Source: a virus
Virus record (IMG/VR): IMGVR_UViG_3300028392_001993
Location: 64,001-128,000 of that record
Strand: one strand, 5' to 3'
Length of the DNA stretch: 64,000 nucleotides
Positions within the stretch are counted from its first letter, which is position 1. Each line of letters starts with the position of its first letter. The notes under the pieces were generated by a model, which was not told the DNA's origin, made no database searches, and saw only the letters and a list, made by a program, of their open reading frames with translations. The translations under genes and the position numbers were made by a program. This document shows, one piece after another, positions 1-7,412 of this stretch.

Positions 1-1
1 G

Positions 2-139
2 TATCCAGGCATGGCAAAAACGGCCCGTGATGAAGGGTTAGATGAGATTGCCGACTGGTTTGAAACCCTGGCCAAAGCCGAACGTTCACATGCCAACCGC
101 TTTACCAAAGCCTTGACTGCTCACAAAGAAGCACAATAA
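2..139 (+). CDS. Rubrerythrin (ferritin-like di-iron protein), C-terminal part; 5' end lies outside the window
   Basis: Hand translation from nt 2: YPGMAKTARDEGLDEIADWFETLAKAERSHANRFTKALTAHKEAQ*, with the rubrerythrin YPxMAxxARxEG...AExxH motif. Not in the ORF track. Confidence 0.85.
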   Translation, partial: YPGMAKTARDEGLDEIADWFETLAKAERSHANRFTKALTAHKEAQ

Positions 140-147
140 GGACTGAT

Positions 148-276
148 ATGGAATACGTATGCACTGTATGTGGACATGTCCACAATGAAGAGACAGAGGG
201 CAAGTTTGAAGATTTGCCAAAATACTATAACTGTCCAGGGTGTGGTTGCGGTAAAGAAGAATATCAGCCATTATAA
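148..276 (+). CDS. Rubredoxin (42 aa)
   Basis: Hand translation MEYVCTVCGHVHNEETEGKFEDLPKYYNCPGCGCGKEEYQPL*: CxxCG...DLP...CPxCG rubredoxin pattern, directly after rubrerythrin. Not in the ORF track. Confidence 0.85.
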   Translation: MEYVCTVCGHVHNEETEGKFEDLPKYYNCPGCGCGKEEYQPL

Positions 277-277
277 C

Positions 278-306
278 TTGACAATGATGTAGGACTATGT
301 TACAAT
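278..306 (+). promoter_or_regulatory. sigma70-type (early) promoter
   Basis: TTGACA (278-283), 17 nt spacer, TACAAT (301-306). Confidence 0.7.
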
Positions 307-332
307 AGTTCTACATTATTACACAGGTGTAT

Positions 333-635
333 ATGAGCAACGATCTAGCCAAATTTATAAACTCAAAACGGCGCCACAAAACAGATGTGGCGATTTCAAG
401 ACAAGTAAAGATTGCCCAATCACACAATACATTTAATCAGACCAATATCAAACAACCACATAGACTGGCCAAACGCCATGCTATGGATTGTGGGAATCCC
501 GGTTGTTTCTTGTGCGGTAACCCACGCAAGACACACAAGGATAGATTGACTCAGCAAGAAAAACGACTGTTTCAAGACGTAGGAAAAACTTCAGATCGAC
601 ACTCAAACGGATTACCAAAGGACCAAGATGAATAA
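333..635 (+). CDS. Hypothetical basic protein with Cys/His cluster (HAMDCGNPGCFLCGNPR), possible Zn binding
   Basis: ORF track 327..635; ATG at 333 preferred; follows the promoter. Confidence 0.6.
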   Translation: MSNDLAKFINSKRRHKTDVAISRQVKIAQSHNTFNQTNIKQPHRLAKRHAMDCGNPGCFLCGNPRKTHKDRLTQQEKRLFQDVGKTSDRHSNGLPKDQDE

Positions 636-918
636 CGTACAAAACATTCAAGACGCAATCAGATATGAATCAACACTGGGGCTCAGCAATGAAGCCGCAG
701 TTGAGGCAGTAGAAAACCGTTACGACCTAGTGCTGATTGGTGCTCGTCGTGCTAGAGAACTAGGCCGCGGCGACAAGCCAAAGATTGATGGTCCTAAACA
801 CAGTGCAGTAGTCACGGCTCTCAAAGAAATTGAACACCGACTAATTGGCCGTGATTATTTGTACAAGCAGTTGGATATTGAACCACGTCGACGTTACAAG
901 GAATATGGCGGATTCTGA
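628..918 (+). CDS. rpoZ: RNA polymerase omega subunit homologue
   Basis: AVEAVENRYDLVLIGARRARE...VVTALKEIE matches the omega signature (NRFDLVLxAARRARQ...TVIALREIE). Confidence 0.8.
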   Translation: MNNVQNIQDAIRYESTLGLSNEAAVEAVENRYDLVLIGARRARELGRGDKPKIDGPKHSAVVTALKEIEHRLIGRDYLYKQLDIEPRRRYKEYGGF

Positions 919-1390
919 TCAGCCAAATAGTGCCAAAGGGCGCGATAGTTTTGACGTTGAAACTGGCAACACTCTAGTACATTTTTTCAACAGAAATGTA
1001 ACGCCCTACGCCACCAGCACACTAGGTCCTAAATTTGATCTGATACCTGTTGAAAAACAGAAAGATCTCATGATCAATCATGCCAGGATGTATGCCCAGC
1101 AAGAATATGATCGCATAGTTGAACTGGTCACCGTACTACAAAAACAAGCAGATGACATCCGGCGCAGACTGGAAGTGACTGATGCTGTGTATGCCGCTGA
1201 ATACAATTTTCAAATTGTCATGGGCCATTGCTATTGGTTGGTATGGAACAAACGGCAAGAAAAAAATCTGTTGGTTCACACTGGTCCCAATGACTGGAAC
1301 ACTGGAATGCCAGAAGACTACCAATACATAATGCAAGTAAAATACATGGGAGATCACACCTGGCAGGAAGTAATACTTTCTAGTGATTGA
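905..1390 (+). CDS. DUF2452-like conserved hypothetical protein
   Basis: PYATSTLGPKFDL...QADDIRRRLEVTDAVYAAEYNFQIVMGHCYWL...HTGPNDW...GDHTWQEV resembles DUF2452; ATG at 905 preferred over the track start at 845. Confidence 0.6.
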   Translation: MADSDQPNSAKGRDSFDVETGNTLVHFFNRNVTPYATSTLGPKFDLIPVEKQKDLMINHARMYAQQEYDRIVELVTVLQKQADDIRRRLEVTDAVYAAEYNFQIVMGHCYWLVWNKRQEKNLLVHTGPNDWNTGMPEDYQYIMQVKYMGDHTWQEVILSSD

Positions 1391-1415
1391 CCAAATATTT
1401 GTCACATGTTATACT
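1387..1415 (+). promoter_or_regulatory. sigma70-type (early) promoter
   Basis: TTGACC (1387-1392), 17 nt, TATACT (1410-1415); downstream RBS AAGGAGG before ATG 1442. Confidence 0.8.
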
Positions 1416-1441
1416 TAATAAGGTAAAGAAAGGAGGCGAAT

Positions 1442-2047
1442 ATGCCAGCAGTATTTTTAGTTAGTGATACACACTTTGGACATGCCGGTGTCTGTCGCTT
1501 CACGCACCCAGATGATCCTGAGGTGAAATTGCGTCCCTGGACTGATCCTGATGAGATGGACGAGGAGATGGTACGGCGGTGGAACGATCGTGTTCGTCCC
1601 AACGACAAGGTGTACCACTTGGGTGACGTTGTTATTAACCGCAAAGCATTGAAGACATTGGCACGTTTGAATGGTGACAAAGTGTTGATCCGTGGCAACC
1701 ACGACATCTTCCGTGATGACGAATACCGCGAATACTTCCGCGAGTTACGTGCATACCATGTGATGAACGGCATGATCTTGAGTCACATTCCTGTGCATGA
1801 GGCTTCGTTGGGTCGCTTTGGTGTTAACATTCACGGACATCTGCATGCCACCAGAGTAAAGAAAGCCCGCGGTGTAGATGCCAAGACCGGTGCTACATTG
1901 TACAGCACTGAGATTGATCCGCGGTACTGGTGTGCTTGTGTTGAGCAAACCGACTTTGCACCTATCTTGTTTGAAGATGCTATCAAACGCATTGAAGCAG
2001 AAGGCGGTCATATCGGCTTCAAGAGCGGCAATGGTCCTACTATGTAA
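1442..2047 (+). CDS. Calcineurin-like metallophosphoesterase
   Basis: Motifs SDTHFGH, HLGDV, GNHD, LSHIP, HGHLH. Confidence 0.9.
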   Translation: MPAVFLVSDTHFGHAGVCRFTHPDDPEVKLRPWTDPDEMDEEMVRRWNDRVRPNDKVYHLGDVVINRKALKTLARLNGDKVLIRGNHDIFRDDEYREYFRELRAYHVMNGMILSHIPVHEASLGRFGVNIHGHLHATRVKKARGVDAKTGATLYSTEIDPRYWCACVEQTDFAPILFEDAIKRIEAEGGHIGFKSGNGPTM

Positions 2048-2048
2048 A

Positions 2049-2070
2049 CAATAGCCCTGCGGGGCTATTG
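2049..2070. terminator. Hairpin, probable (bidirectional) intrinsic terminator
   Basis: Perfect 9-bp inverted repeat CAATAGCCC-TGCG-GGGCTATTG just after the stop at 2047. Confidence 0.6.
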
Positions 2071-2084
2071 CAATATATAATGTT

Positions 2085-2867
2085 ATGAATATACCTTATA
2101 CCATAGAAGTTCATGATAACTTGATCTCGCCTGAACTCCACGCAAAAACGTATCTGCATGTAAAAACACGACTTGATTTTACGGGTGTGTGGAAGCCAGA
2201 AAAAGAAGTTGTATTTGATTACAGATTGAGTAGTCCAAAAACTCCAAATGATTGGATGATTTATCAATCGATGGGCAGAGCACATCAAATGCATAGGTCA
2301 GCTCTTGCAAGCGACGAGGCAAGTTTACAGGCTCGTCATCCGGCAATTTTTACATTGTGGCAAGAAATAAATCGTAATTTAAACAATCAATTTGAATTGA
2401 CTGGTCACCCCGAAGGCATGACCACCAACATAGAAGTTCCGGCTACCGCAGATACTAACCTAATACCAGGTTGGCGTGCCTATGTGAATCTCGTTTACAA
2501 TTCCCATGCAGGACACGGAGGCAACGGATACGCACATAGAGATACTCCTTTGGAACTCAATGATGATACTTCAGTAACTATGTTGTACGTGGTCAACACT
2601 GAATGGTATCCAAGCTGGGGAGCCGAATTAAAATACTATCCTGAAGACCTTAATGGACTGTCTAAAGATCATCAACAGTTCAATCGCAACGGAGCACAAA
2701 GTCGCAATTACAACATTGGTTGGCTAGACCAGGGACAGGTGGTAAGTCCAGTACCGGGTAGACTAATCATATACGACGGAAGGTGTTTGCACGGAACTAG
2801 TCAGGCTGCCGGGCCTCTTGACACTCCCAGCATTAAAATTGCGTTTAGAGCAAGACGCAAAAAGTAA
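2085..2867 (+). CDS. 2OG-Fe(II) oxygenase (prolyl-hydroxylase-like DSBH fold)
   Basis: YAHRD (HxD), WYPSWGAEL, PVPGRLIIYDGRCLHG (distal His), IAFRAR. Confidence 0.8.
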   Translation: MNIPYTIEVHDNLISPELHAKTYLHVKTRLDFTGVWKPEKEVVFDYRLSSPKTPNDWMIYQSMGRAHQMHRSALASDEASLQARHPAIFTLWQEINRNLNNQFELTGHPEGMTTNIEVPATADTNLIPGWRAYVNLVYNSHAGHGGNGYAHRDTPLELNDDTSVTMLYVVNTEWYPSWGAELKYYPEDLNGLSKDHQQFNRNGAQSRNYNIGWLDQGQVVSPVPGRLIIYDGRCLHGTSQAAGPLDTPSIKIAFRARRKK

Positions 2868-2881
2868 TACTTTAGTACTAC
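2864..2881. promoter_or_regulatory. 18-bp palindromic motif, copy 1 (candidate operator)
   Basis: GTAATACT-TT-AGTACTAC; near-identical to 5682-5699. Confidence 0.5.
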
Positions 2882-2911
2882 AAAAGCCCTACTGTGTGTA
2901 GGGTTTTTTTT
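2882..2911 (+). terminator. Rho-independent terminator
   Basis: AAAAGCCCTAC-TGTGT-GTAGGGTTTTTTTT: stem-loop followed by a T-run. Confidence 0.8.
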
Positions 2912-2914
2912 GAC

Positions 2915-2943
2915 TTGACCAAATATTCAAAATAGATTATAAT
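2915..2943 (+). promoter_or_regulatory. sigma70-type (early) promoter
   Basis: TTGACC (2915-2920), 17 nt, TATAAT (2938-2943); ATG only 6 nt downstream. Confidence 0.85.
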
Positions 2944-2949
2944 ATACAC

Positions 2950-3183
2950 ATGAAGTTAGAAATCAATGAAATACTACAGTGGTCCGGAGCAGTGTTTATC
3001 ATTGCCGGTCACAGTCTCAACGCCGTAGGACCTGCGGCATACCCTTACAACATTCTTGCATTTTTCCTGGGCACAATCTTGTTCATGGGTTGGAGCATCC
3101 GTGTTGCAAATCGACCACAGTTGATGGTGAACATTGTAGCACTAGGCATTGGAATCACAGGGCTGGCGAAAGCATTCGGTTGA
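2950..3183 (+). CDS. Small membrane protein (about 3 hydrophobic segments)
   Basis: 77 aa, almost entirely hydrophobic helices; sits behind the promoter. Confidence 0.7.
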   Translation: MKLEINEILQWSGAVFIIAGHSLNAVGPAAYPYNILAFFLGTILFMGWSIRVANRPQLMVNIVALGIGITGLAKAFG

Positions 3184-3208
3184 CCCGAAATAGCCGATTT
3201 GCTATAAT
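3180..3208 (+). promoter_or_regulatory. sigma70-type (early) promoter
   Basis: TTGACC (3180-3185), 17 nt, TATAAT (3203-3208). Confidence 0.85.
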
Positions 3209-3239
3209 ATAGGCATAGTAAGACAAAAAGGAATCCAAA

Positions 3240-3395
3240 ATGAAAGATGAGATACTTACAAAGTTGGCAGAAGTTGAAGCCATGCTTTTAGAGGCTACAC
3301 AAGATGGCCGCCAACTGGCCGAACTGGATTGTTTTAAAGACGTAGAGGATGCTATGAGCACCCTAATACAAACAGTTGACTATTACGTCGATTGA
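3240..3395 (+). CDS. Small acidic hypothetical protein (51 aa)
   Basis: MKDEILTKLAEVEAMLLEATQDGRQLAELDCFKDVEDAMSTLIQTVDYYVD*; RBS AAGGAA; lies between two promoters; below the ORF-track cutoff. Confidence 0.7.
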   Translation: MKDEILTKLAEVEAMLLEATQDGRQLAELDCFKDVEDAMSTLIQTVDYYVD

Positions 3396-3420
3396 CCAGA
3401 AATTTCCAATTTGTTATAAT
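3392..3420 (+). promoter_or_regulatory. sigma70-type (early) promoter
   Basis: TTGACC (3392-3397), 17 nt, TATAAT (3415-3420). Confidence 0.85.
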
Positions 3421-3450
3421 ACTTGTATAGAAACTAAAAAGGAGTCCACA

Positions 3451-3711
3451 ATGACAGAACAAGAAACACGTGAAGTTCGTATGTACGGTACCACCGAAGC
3501 CGCCTTGCGCGAGAACATTGAAAGTTCAATCACTTTCCAGTTATCCGGTCCTGCAATGATTGTAGCCGGTATGTTGAGCGATGTACAAGAAATGATGGCA
3601 TACGGTCCTTATGACAGCGACACACTTGCTGTGATTCAAGAAGACCAACGCCAACAACTCAACCGCGCCAAGTGGGTTTTATTTGAATATATGGACAAGG
3701 AAAGAGTATGA
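3451..3711 (+). CDS. Hypothetical protein
   Basis: ATG 3451 with RBS AAGGAG; the track start at 3376 runs through the promoter. Confidence 0.7.
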   Translation: MTEQETREVRMYGTTEAALRENIESSITFQLSGPAMIVAGMLSDVQEMMAYGPYDSDTLAVIQEDQRQQLNRAKWVLFEYMDKERV

Positions 3712-3893
3712 GCCGAATGAGCGAAATACACGCCGAGTTGTCGACCATGACAACTCAAGAACTGGAAAAAGAGTTTCAGGCTCTCAAGGCCAGTCCTAGC
3801 AAGAGTTTCTATGACGAGGCTCGTCAGGAAATGATGGCTATAATGTTGGACCATCGCGAAAAAGAAGAACATAGCACTTATCAAGGTGCTTGA
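3708..3893 (+). CDS. Hypothetical protein
   Basis: ATGA overlap with the previous gene; 61 aa. Confidence 0.65.
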   Translation: MSRMSEIHAELSTMTTQELEKEFQALKASPSKSFYDEARQEMMAIMLDHREKEEHSTYQGA

Positions 3894-3918
3894 CCACAAA
3901 ATCAACATCTGCTATAAT
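3890..3918 (+). promoter_or_regulatory. sigma70-type (early) promoter
   Basis: TTGACC (3890-3895), 17 nt, TATAAT (3913-3918). Confidence 0.85.
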
Positions 3919-3948
3919 ATAGACTTATTAACTTGAAAGGCACAGCCC

Positions 3949-5031
3949 ATGTCAGAATCCCGCACCGTTACCTCGCTTCAAGCAAAAAAATCTTTGCTCA
4001 AAGCATTCCAAGTCAAACGTCCCTTGTTCTTGTGGGGTCCTCCCGGCATTGGCAAGAGTGAGTTGGTCGAAGGCATTGCCAACGAGCTTGGCGGCTTGAT
4101 GATTGACTTGCGCCTAGGTCAAATGGAGCCCACAGACATCCGTGGTATCCCGTTTTACAACAAGGACATTGGCAAGATGGATTGGGCTCCGCCTGTGGAA
4201 CTGCCCGATGAAGAAATGGCCAAGGACTATCCTATTGTGGTGTTGTTCTTGGACGAACTTAATAGTGCCGCACCCTCTGTCCAGAGTGCCGCTTATCAGT
4301 TGATTTTGAATCGACGCATTGGCAAGTACAAGTTACCCGACAATGTTGTGATGGTTGCCGCAGGTAACCGTGAAAGCGACAAAGGCGTTACATATCGTAT
4401 GCCAACTCCGCTGGCAAACCGTTTCATCCACCAAGAGATGAAAGTGGACTTCCCAAGCTGGCTTGAGTGGGCAGTGAACAACCGGGTCCACAAAGACGTG
4501 GTGGGTTACTTGAGCTTTGCCAAGCAGGACTTGTACGACTTTGATGCCAAGTCAGCAAGCCGTGCCTTTGCCACACCACGCTCTTGGACCTTTGTGAGCC
4601 AGTTGTTGGACGAGAGCAGTGACGACGACACCACAATGAACTTGATTGCAGGTACTGTGGGTGAAGGTCTTGCTGTGAAGTTTATGGCACATAAAAAGGT
4701 TGCAGGCAAGATGCCCAACCCAGCAGACATCTTGAGTGGCAAGGTCAAGACACTGGAAGTCAAAGAAGTGAGTGCTATGTACTCCTTGGTGATCTCCATG
4801 TGTTATGAACTCAAGGGTGCTATCGAGAACAAAGTAGAAGACAAAAAGTTCCACGAGATGGCTGATAACTTCCTTGGCTACATGATGAAGAACTTTGAGA
4901 CCGAGTTGACTGTGATGGGTGCTCGTATTGCGTTGACCACATACGACTTGCCCTTCCTCCCAACCAAGCTCAAGAACTTTGACGAGTTTCACCAGCGTTA
5001 CGGCAAATACATCTTGCAGGCATCCGCCTAA
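3949..5031 (+). CDS. MoxR-type AAA+ ATPase
   Basis: Walker A GPPGIGKS, Walker B LFLDE, sensor AAGN, PLANRF. Confidence 0.9.
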   Translation: MSESRTVTSLQAKKSLLKAFQVKRPLFLWGPPGIGKSELVEGIANELGGLMIDLRLGQMEPTDIRGIPFYNKDIGKMDWAPPVELPDEEMAKDYPIVVLFLDELNSAAPSVQSAAYQLILNRRIGKYKLPDNVVMVAAGNRESDKGVTYRMPTPLANRFIHQEMKVDFPSWLEWAVNNRVHKDVVGYLSFAKQDLYDFDAKSASRAFATPRSWTFVSQLLDESSDDDTTMNLIAGTVGEGLAVKFMAHKKVAGKMPNPADILSGKVKTLEVKEVSAMYSLVISMCYELKGAIENKVEDKKFHEMADNFLGYMMKNFETELTVMGARIALTTYDLPFLPTKLKNFDEFHQRYGKYILQASA

Positions 5032-5036
5032 GTTTT

Positions 5037-5083
5037 AGGAGGGTGGTGGTTAAATACACAGGGCTGTGTCGCACTGCCCTCCT
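5037..5083 (+). other. Structured RNA element (nested hairpin) between the AAA gene and the next ORF
   Basis: AGGAGGGTGGTG (5037-5048) pairs with CACTGCCCTCCT (5072-5083) over 12 bp (2 G-U), enclosing ACACAG-GG-CTGTGT. Confidence 0.5.
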
Positions 5084-5089
5084 TTCTAT

Positions 5090-5422
5090 ATGAAATACAA
5101 AATTGTAAAATTAGATGCAAGACATAGTTATTACACTACCTACCAGTACATGATTGAGTTCTCAAAAGGACATTGGATTGGTACTGGTGTGTTGGGTTTT
5201 GATCGTGCTCGGCGTTGGTTCACAACAAATTATGGATGGGGTCAAGATGTCGAAGTCAGAAGCGAACTGCTACAATCCCGACAACACCATGCAGAAGAAT
5301 TTGAGCCAGATGACATCAACTCCACCTGGGGCTTCAGTGCCAAATACAAGGACTACCGGATCTATATTGCAACAGACAAAGAACTCAGTTGGTTTTTGCT
5401 ATGTCATCCCATATCACCATAA
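5090..5422 (+). CDS. Hypothetical protein
   Basis: ATG 5090 (MKYKIVKL...) preferred. Confidence 0.6.
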   Translation: MKYKIVKLDARHSYYTTYQYMIEFSKGHWIGTGVLGFDRARRWFTTNYGWGQDVEVRSELLQSRQHHAEEFEPDDINSTWGFSAKYKDYRIYIATDKELSWFLLCHPISP

Positions 5423-5685
5423 AAAAGAATCTAATCATCTTTCACAGACCTGTGGATTGGATGCCTATTCGCAAACGACTGATAGAGGAATATGGACAAA
5501 GTATCAACATCAGTTATGCCAGGCGTGAAAGACTGGGTTTCAGTTGGAGATCCCATACCACCTGGATCTCCAGTGGCAAGCAGGAAGGCGAGTATGAACT
5601 TAAATACCCTGAGGTGCAAATACACTTGGATTTCTTTTCAGAATCGGCCATGACATGGTTCCAACTCCGGTACTTGAATTTGTAG
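5401..5685 (+). CDS. Hypothetical protein
   Basis: ORF track 5389..5685; ATG 5401 preferred. Confidence 0.55.
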   Translation: MSSHITIKKNLIIFHRPVDWMPIRKRLIEEYGQSINISYARRERLGFSWRSHTTWISSGKQEGEYELKYPEVQIHLDFFSESAMTWFQLRYLNL

Positions 5686-5699
5686 TACTTGAGTACTAC
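5682..5699. promoter_or_regulatory. 18-bp palindromic motif, copy 2 (candidate operator)
   Basis: Perfect inverted repeat GTAGTACT-TG-AGTACTAC abutting the -35 box at 5700. Confidence 0.55.
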
Positions 5700-5728
5700 T
5701 TGACCAATAATTCGTGATCTGCTATAAT
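5700..5728 (+). promoter_or_regulatory. sigma70-type (early) promoter
   Basis: TTGACC (5700-5705), 17 nt, TATAAT (5723-5728). Confidence 0.85.
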
Positions 5729-5758
5729 ATAGCATACAAGCAACAAAAGGACCAGCCC

Positions 5759-7030
5759 GTGACTACTGCTACTACCACTAACAAAAAAGAGTCTGATAAG
5801 TTTAAAAATCTTATTGGACCCATGGACACCAAACTTGACAAAGTTGTGCGTGAAATGTTGATCACTGCCCGTGTGGGTTTGTTACTCAAGGCCAGTTTCT
5901 TTGGTAACCTTGCTACTCGTTTGAAACTGGTAAATGCTGATGAGTGGTGTGCTACTGCCGCAACAGATGGCAGAAACTTCTACTACAATACCCGCTTTAT
6001 TAAAATGCTCAAGCCCAAAGAGATTGAATTCTTGTTTGGTCACGAGGTATTGCATTGTGTGTATGACCACTTTGGACGCAGAGGCGCCCGCGATCCACAG
6101 TTATGGAACATTGCCAACGACTTTGCAGTAAACGGCGACTTGGTAAAACACAAAGTAGGTGACATGATCACGTCAGTACCTTGCTTGTTCGATCGCAAGT
6201 ATGACGGCTTGAGTTCTGAAGAGATCTACGATCAGTTGTACGAAAAAGCAGAAAAGATCAATATCAGTGACTTGTTAGATAAAATGATTGACGAGCACAT
6301 GGATGGTGAGGGTGACAATGATGGCGACGGGGACGAGAAGGAAGGCAAAGGCCGTCCCAAACTCACTCCTGAAGAACGCCAGCAAATTAAAGACGAGATC
6401 AAAGAGGCCATGTTAGCGGCAGCCGCTACAGTGGATGGTGCGGGTAATATCCCAGCAGGTGTCAAGCGTCTTATACAAGACATGACCGAGCCCAAGATGA
6501 ACTGGCGCGAATTGTTGCGTATGCAATTAGAAAGCACTATCAAATCTGATTATACTTGGATGCGAGCCAGTCGCAAGGGCTGGCATATGGATGCGGTAAT
6601 GCCCGGTATGAAACTGGATCCCATGATTGATATTGCTATTGCACTAGATGCTTCGGGCAGTATTAGCGAAAAGATGTTGAAAGACTTCTTGGGCGAGATT
6701 CAAGGTATTATGGATTCGTTCCCTGCATATCGTATTCACGTTATCACTTTTGATACTGATGCGTACAATCCTGCACAATATGACTCGGATAATTTGGAAG
6801 ACATTTGTGACTACGAAGTAACAGGTGGTGGTGGTACTGACTTTGATTGCATCTTCAAGTATTTGAAAGACAACGAGATCGAGCCCAAGCGTCTTGTGGT
6901 GTTTACAGACGGCTACCCATTTGGTTCGTGGGGCGATGAGAATTATGCAGATACTGTTTGGATCTTGCATGGTACCACAACTATTGAGCCACCCTGGGGC
7001 CAATATGCCTACTACGACGAGGCCGAGTAA
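5759..7030 (+). CDS. Zn-metallopeptidase-like plus vWA domain protein (DUF2201-like MoxR partner)
   Basis: TAATDG, HEVLH (HExxH), acidic linker, MIDAS-like DASGS, GGGGTDF, VFTDG; GTG 5759 with RBS AAAGGA. Confidence 0.85.
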   Translation: MTTATTTNKKESDKFKNLIGPMDTKLDKVVREMLITARVGLLLKASFFGNLATRLKLVNADEWCATAATDGRNFYYNTRFIKMLKPKEIEFLFGHEVLHCVYDHFGRRGARDPQLWNIANDFAVNGDLVKHKVGDMITSVPCLFDRKYDGLSSEEIYDQLYEKAEKINISDLLDKMIDEHMDGEGDNDGDGDEKEGKGRPKLTPEERQQIKDEIKEAMLAAAATVDGAGNIPAGVKRLIQDMTEPKMNWRELLRMQLESTIKSDYTWMRASRKGWHMDAVMPGMKLDPMIDIAIALDASGSISEKMLKDFLGEIQGIMDSFPAYRIHVITFDTDAYNPAQYDSDNLEDICDYEVTGGGGTDFDCIFKYLKDNEIEPKRLVVFTDGYPFGSWGDENYADTVWILHGTTTIEPPWGQYAYYDEAE

Positions 7031-7260
7031 TGCAACAACAGATTGAAAAACTTGCACTTGAATCGGGTGCTTGGCATCAAGTGTATGGCAACAGGAACTT
7101 CATGATCGACGAACACTTTGATATTGCTAGGTTCTCCCGGTTGATTGTGCAGGAATGTGCGCTAGTTGCTGATACTGAGAGATCTAATTCAATTGGTTGC
7201 GGATACATTACTAAAACAAACGGTATGAGAATCAAAGAACATTTTGGAGTTGCATCGTGA
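7030..7260 (+). CDS. Hypothetical protein
   Basis: TAATG overlap; FSRLIVQECA...IKEHFGV. Confidence 0.65.
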   Translation: MQQQIEKLALESGAWHQVYGNRNFMIDEHFDIARFSRLIVQECALVADTERSNSIGCGYITKTNGMRIKEHFGVAS

Positions 7261-7412
7261 ATGATTTTTTGCAAGCACTAGCACCTTTTGTCTGGGGCTT
7301 TGTACTAGGATACTTTTGGCATCCAATATGGATTATATGTAAGAGGATTTATGAAGAAGCGAAACTGGCCAAACACCAATGGAGGAACCCAAATGGAAAT
7401 CGAAATGATTGA
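7257..7412 (+). CDS. Small membrane protein (51 aa)
   Basis: Hand translation from GTG: (V)NDFLQALAPFVWGFVLGYFWHPIWIICKRIYEEAKLAKHQWRNPNGNRND*; GTGA overlap with the previous stop. Confidence 0.55.
   Translation: MNDFLQALAPFVWGFVLGYFWHPIWIICKRIYEEAKLAKHQWRNPNGNRND

Noticed and set aside
4296-4992. Long antisense or alternate-frame ORFs over the AAA gene (and similar ones over 40526, 41600, 44672, 61689 and others)
   Set aside because: They are shadows of strongly codon-biased real genes, with no motifs, RBS or promoters.
5037-5083. tRNA or tRNA fragment
   Set aside because: No cloverleaf, T-loop (TTCGA) or CCA end; kept only as a generic structured element.
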